DNA of 64,000 nucleotides from Acidilobaceae archaeon (GTDB lineage Archaea; Thermoproteota; Thermoprotei_A; Sulfolobales; Acidilobaceae): NCBI GenBank assembly GCA_038897215.1, contig JAWAWX010000001.1, positions 256,001 to 320,000 of the forward strand, read 5' to 3'. Shown piece by piece: positions 59,960 to 64,000 of this stretch (position 1 is its first letter; each line of letters starts with the position of its first letter). The notes under the pieces were generated by a model. It saw only the letters and a program-made list of their open reading frames with translations, ran no database searches and was not told where the DNA came from. The position numbers and the translations under genes were made by a program.

Positions 59960-62129
59960 CGCTGAGATAGACGAGATCAAGAGGATCCTGGGGAGAGAGC
60001 CGACGCTCGAAGAGCTGGCCATGTTTGAAGCTCAGTGGAGCGAGCACTGCTCCTACAAGAGTAGCAGACTCCTCCTTAGACTACTGCCGACTGAGGGCAA
60101 GCACGTAGTGATAGGGCCTGGTAGAGACGCTCCAGCCGTCGAGGTGTTCCCCGGGATTCTGGTCGCTTTCAAGATAGAGAGTCACAACCACCCGTCCGCT
60201 GTAGACCCGTACAATGGAGCCGCTACTGGTGTTGGAGGCGTTGTCAGAGACATACTCACACTCGGAGCAGAGCCGGTAGCTATACTCGACCTCCTATACC
60301 TAGGAGACCCGAGAGACGAACACGCTTCTCGATTAATTAAGGGCATAGTGAGAGGTGCGAGCGACTACGGTAGAGGAATAGGTGTCCCCACGGTTGCGGG
60401 AGACTCCTTCTTCGACCCAATCTTCAATAAGCAACCTCTCGTGAACGTGGGCTGTGTTGGAGTCCTCCCGAAGAGCAGACTCCTTACTGGAGCTCCGAGA
60501 GCTGGGGACGCGATAATGGTGATAGGTAGACCTACTGGGAGAGATGGAGTGCTAGGCAGTAGCTTCGCATCCAAGCCTCTCGAGGAGGAGGCTGGAGAGC
60601 AGTCTAGCGTCGTGCCTACAGGCGACCCTCGAGTAGAGAAGCTTCTCATAGAGGCTGTTCTTCAACTAAGTAGCCGCGGGCTAGTGCGCTACGTGAAAGA
60701 CCTTGGTGGAGGAGGGCTCACGACAGCTGTCTCTGAGACAGCTGCTGAGCACTCGCTCGGGGCAACGATATACCTCGATAGGCTTCATGCAGTAAAAGGG
60801 ATGACCCCCCTCGAGCTTCTAGTATCGGAGACTCAGGAGCGGATGATGCTAGTAGTAGAGCCCTCTAAGATAGCCGAGGTCTCGAAGACTCTTGAATCGC
60901 TAGGTCTAAGCTATAGCGTGATAGGGTATTTCGACGACTCGGGTAGAGTGAGAGCCTACTATGAGGGCAGGCTCGTAGCAGACGTGCCGGCCAGAGAGCT
61001 AGCCAAGCCTAGAGCAATCAAGAGAGAGTCCCGCCCGCCTCTCGAGGCGCTCAAAGGGCTCACTCCCCCGAGGCTACCCGAAGAGCCGAGAGACCTGTCT
61101 GAAGCATTACTAAAGGTGCTCTCATCGCCTAATGTAGCGTCCAAGAGGTGGATATTCGAACTATACGATAGCGATGTAGGAGGCAGAACGGTCCTCAAGC
61201 CGGGCTATGGCGATGCTGCTGTTATAAGGCTACCGTACGATGGAGGTAGAGGCTTAGCCGTTAAGGGCGACGCTAACCCGCGCTACACCTCTCTAGACCC
61301 ATTCAGTGGAGCAGCTAACTCTGTGGGAGAGTGCTTCAGAAACCTGTCGGCTGTGGGCTCAAAGCCTCTAGCTATAGTAGACCAGCTCAATGCAGGCAAC
61401 CCAGAGGTGCCGGAGCAGTTCTGGTACTTTGAGATGATGGTCAAAGGAGTAGCGTGGATGAGCAAAGAGCTAGGCGTGCCGGTCGTCGGCGGCAAGGTCA
61501 GCCTATACAATACAGACCAGACCGGCAGGCAGATCAAGCCGACTACAGCCATAATCGGGATAGGTCGAGTCGATAATGTTGAAAACGTGATGAGCATGAG
61601 CTTCAAGGAGGAGGGAAGCTACATAGTCGCAGTAGGTACAACGTATCCAGAGCTCGGAGCCACTGAGTATCTATACGTGGTGCACGGGATCGAGGAGGGA
61701 GAGGTTCCAAAGCCTAGACCCGCCTCCGAGTTAAGACACTCACTCTTCGTTAGAAGCGCTATAAGGAAAGGATTAGTCTTAGCGGCGCACGATGTGAGCT
61801 CAGGCGGTATAGCTGCCGCTCTCTCAGAGATGGCGATAACCGGGGGTCTAGCGTTCGAGATCGAATTGAACACTGTGCCGTCTCGAGGCATAACGAGACT
61901 AGACGAGCTCCTCTTCTCGGAGACTCAAGCGAGATACCTGCTCGAAGTCCGTAGAGACAGACTGGAGAGACTGCTGAGGCTCGCTAGAAGGCTGGGAGTA
62001 GACGCTAGCGTGATAGGGAGAACTACTAGAGGCAAGAGGGCAGTGTTCAGATTCGAGAATAGGGAAGTCTTCAGTATAGACATGGAGGAAGCTAGATCTG
62101 CTTACGAGAATCCCTCGAAGGTCATGTAG
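59946..62129 (+). CDS. purL: FGAM synthase small PurL
   Basis: WSEHCSYK, ESHNHPS, DLGGGG, SETQERM, GGKVSLYN. Confidence 0.96.
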   Translation: MTLSSAEIDEIKRILGREPTLEELAMFEAQWSEHCSYKSSRLLLRLLPTEGKHVVIGPGRDAPAVEVFPGILVAFKIESHNHPSAVDPYNGAATGVGGVVRDILTLGAEPVAILDLLYLGDPRDEHASRLIKGIVRGASDYGRGIGVPTVAGDSFFDPIFNKQPLVNVGCVGVLPKSRLLTGAPRAGDAIMVIGRPTGRDGVLGSSFASKPLEEEAGEQSSVVPTGDPRVEKLLIEAVLQLSSRGLVRYVKDLGGGGLTTAVSETAAEHSLGATIYLDRLHAVKGMTPLELLVSETQERMMLVVEPSKIAEVSKTLESLGLSYSVIGYFDDSGRVRAYYEGRLVADVPARELAKPRAIKRESRPPLEALKGLTPPRLPEEPRDLSEALLKVLSSPNVASKRWIFELYDSDVGGRTVLKPGYGDAAVIRLPYDGGRGLAVKGDANPRYTSLDPFSGAANSVGECFRNLSAVGSKPLAIVDQLNAGNPEVPEQFWYFEMMVKGVAWMSKELGVPVVGGKVSLYNTDQTGRQIKPTTAIIGIGRVDNVENVMSMSFKEEGSYIVAVGTTYPELGATEYLYVVHGIEEGEVPKPRPASELRHSLFVRSAIRKGLVLAAHDVSSGGIAAALSEMAITGGLAFEIELNTVPSRGITRLDELLFSETQARYLLEVRRDRLERLLRLARRLGVDASVIGRTTRGKRAVFRFENREVFSIDMEEARSAYENPSKVM

Positions 62130-62144
62130 GAGAAGTGAAGCCTC

Positions 62145-63509
62145 TTGGGAGGGCTCGCGGGATACCTGGGTGGAGACAGCCCTCTCACATATCTATCGCT
62201 ATTGTTACTCGAGGTTATGCATAGAGGCTGGGGTTCCGTAGGGCTATCCGTACTCTTCTCTAGGCAAAACAGGAGAGCGATAGCCTCCAGATACTATAAC
62301 GAAGGGTGGTGGCACAGCCTCCTACTCGCGTCGATAAGGAGAGCTGATGGAGGTACCGGGAGCCAGAGAGAGGTCTTGGGAGGAGTGGGGTACGTTGGAG
62401 AGAGCTTCAACATAGCTCAGCCTGCTACATACAAGCTGAATGGCTTCGAGATAGCTGTAGCCATAGACGGCAAGATACTCAATCTGAGCGAGATAGCCTC
62501 CTCGCTGGGGCTAGCTGAGACCGAGGATAAGCCAGATACTCTGGCTCGAGTGCTCTCCGTTCTCTCCCGCGAGCATGGAGGGGACGTGGTCGAAGCTGTG
62601 AAGACCTTGGTTAAGACAGCTGTGGGAGGCTTCAGCCTCATAGCTATCACCTCAGAGCCTAGGCTGGTCGCAGCGAAAGACGCTCAGGGATTCAAGCCTC
62701 TCTCCTACGCTACCTCAGACTCCTACATTGCTGTAGCTTCTGAGACCTCTGCTCTCCAGAGCTTGGGCTTCGAGTGGAGAGAGCTAGACGCTGGCTCTGT
62801 CCTCTCCTTCGATGGAAGGAGCCTAGAGGTGTCTCGAGCTGAGGCTACTACAGCTACCCCCTGTGCTTTCGAGTACGTGTATCTATCTAGACCGGACTCT
62901 GTCTTCAACAACGTCTCCGTCTACTCAGCTAAATTCAATATGGGGAGAGAGGTTGCTAGAAGGTCGTTCGTGAAGGCAGACATAGTCGTGCCATTACCTG
63001 AGAGCGGTCGCGTAGCTGCTCTAGGCTACAGTAGAGAGAGCGGTATACCTCTAGAGGAGGCCGTCTACACTGTCAGGTATACTGGCAGAAGCTTCCTAGC
63101 TCCCAAAGAGGTTAGAGATATCGTTGCTGACGCTAAGTATGGAATCGTGAAGAGCGTTGTGAAAGACAAGTCTATAATCATCGTGGACGACTCTATAGTC
63201 AGAGGGACGACTGTACGCAGGCTCTCCCTGAAGCTGAGGTCTGTGGGAGCTCGAGAAATCCACTTGAGGATCGCGAGCCCCAGGCTGGCACACCCCTGCC
63301 CGATAAGTAGCGAGATGAAACTACAGGACCTAGCTGCTCGCAACGAGTCTTTGCGAGAAGCGCTAGCCGGCATTGCTAGCTTGCACCACAACACAATCGA
63401 GGGCCTGAGGAACGCCATAGGCTTAGACTCGCTCTGCACAGCCTGCTTCTCGGGAGAGTGCCCTCTCACTCGAGGACGCGACTTGTGGAACCGGGGTGGA
63501 GGGCTCTGA
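62145..63509 (+). CDS. purF: Amidophosphoribosyltransferase lacking the N-terminal Cys
   Basis: CAFEYVY.SRPDS, IVDDSIVRGTT, CTACF retained; begins MGGLAG. Confidence 0.9.
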   Translation: MGGLAGYLGGDSPLTYLSLLLLEVMHRGWGSVGLSVLFSRQNRRAIASRYYNEGWWHSLLLASIRRADGGTGSQREVLGGVGYVGESFNIAQPATYKLNGFEIAVAIDGKILNLSEIASSLGLAETEDKPDTLARVLSVLSREHGGDVVEAVKTLVKTAVGGFSLIAITSEPRLVAAKDAQGFKPLSYATSDSYIAVASETSALQSLGFEWRELDAGSVLSFDGRSLEVSRAEATTATPCAFEYVYLSRPDSVFNNVSVYSAKFNMGREVARRSFVKADIVVPLPESGRVAALGYSRESGIPLEEAVYTVRYTGRSFLAPKEVRDIVADAKYGIVKSVVKDKSIIIVDDSIVRGTTVRRLSLKLRSVGAREIHLRIASPRLAHPCPISSEMKLQDLAARNESLREALAGIASLHHNTIEGLRNAIGLDSLCTACFSGECPLTRGRDLWNRGGGL

Positions 63510-64000
63510 CAGCGCTTCTCGGCGTTCTCGCGTTCGACGATATCTGGAACGTCTCGCCCATGGTTAGATACGGCTTGCTATCGTTAAGACACAGAGGTGA
63601 CAGCATCTACCTCTTATGCTATAGCGATGGAGCTGAGGTATCGTGCGAGGAGTTCAAGTCTTTGAGTAAGATGTCTTCGCGAAGCTACTCTGTAGCCGTA
63701 GCCGGTGTGCTCCGCTCTAGGCAAGCGAGCTCTGTATACGCAATGGGGGAAGCGTCGGGGCGCAGAGTCGCGGTGATAGCCTCCAGAGAGTATGAAGCTT
63801 TAGAGGAGGTCGCTTCCGCGATAGCTTCAGCTATGGCTAGTGATAGACTCGAGAAGTGGCTAGACCTCTTTGAGAAGCCAGAGCTCGCCGACGATCTCCC
63901 ATCGTTTATAGCATTGACGGATAGAGGAGATGTAATCGCTTACCGAGACTCTCTAGGGCTCACTCCTCTAGCTCTCGGAGGCTACGGCTTCGACTTAGCG
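63506..64000 (+). CDS. Second PurF-like protein (3' truncated; probable CTG start)
   Basis: (M)TALLGVLAFDDIWNVSPMVRYGLLSLRHRG resembles the crenarchaeal second purF paralogue; CTGA overlap with purF stop. Confidence 0.8.
   Translation, partial: MTALLGVLAFDDIWNVSPMVRYGLLSLRHRGDSIYLLCYSDGAEVSCEEFKSLSKMSSRSYSVAVAGVLRSRQASSVYAMGEASGRRVAVIASREYEALEEVASAIASAMASDRLEKWLDLFEKPELADDLPSFIALTDRGDVIAYRDSLGLTPLALGGYGFDLA

Noticed and set aside
1034-63469. Many antisense or nested ORFs in the track (Ser/Leu/Ala-rich)
   Set aside because: Shadow frames of real genes caused by the codon bias; no motifs
1-64000. CRISPR array, IS transposase or intein
   Set aside because: No regularly spaced repeats or transposase ORFs seen; Rgy, AtpA, Cdc6 and NrdD are of normal length

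Overview
Chromosomal window from a hyperthermophilic crenarchaeon, most like Desulfurococcales/Acidilobaceae (Aeropyrum-like). Evidence: reverse gyrase, an A. pernix ORC2-type Cdc6/Orc1, ribosomal protein L38e, TIP49, CydAA' and mostly GTG/TTG starts. The backbone is housekeeping: rgy, nth, cdc6, tRNA-Phe, aCPSF2, class II HMG-CoA reductase, dph5, A-ATPase I/F/E/A, Hrq1-like helicase, Prx, SQR-like, S2P, NrdD, ECF-QueT, tryptophanase-like, thiE, thi4 and purE/P/C/L/F/F'. Features missing from the ORF track: a 56-aa aCcr1-like RHH gene with palindromic operators, a 53-aa membrane microprotein, two convincing and three weaker box C/D sRNAs, and probable CTG start codons. Strongest leads: (1) an accessory islet at 21.1-23.8 kb encoding a secreted protein with a leukocidin/hemolysin-like motif and beta-hairpin, a structured spacer and a divergent partner; (2) a purine operon whose glutaminase functions all look lost (PurF without Cys1, no purS/purQ); (3) an orphan amino-MTase next to a foreign HhH/Fe-S glycosylase-like gene with an altered catalytic motif; (4) strong CTAG/AGCT/TCGA over-representation. 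All family calls come from motif recognition by eye; no database searches were run.
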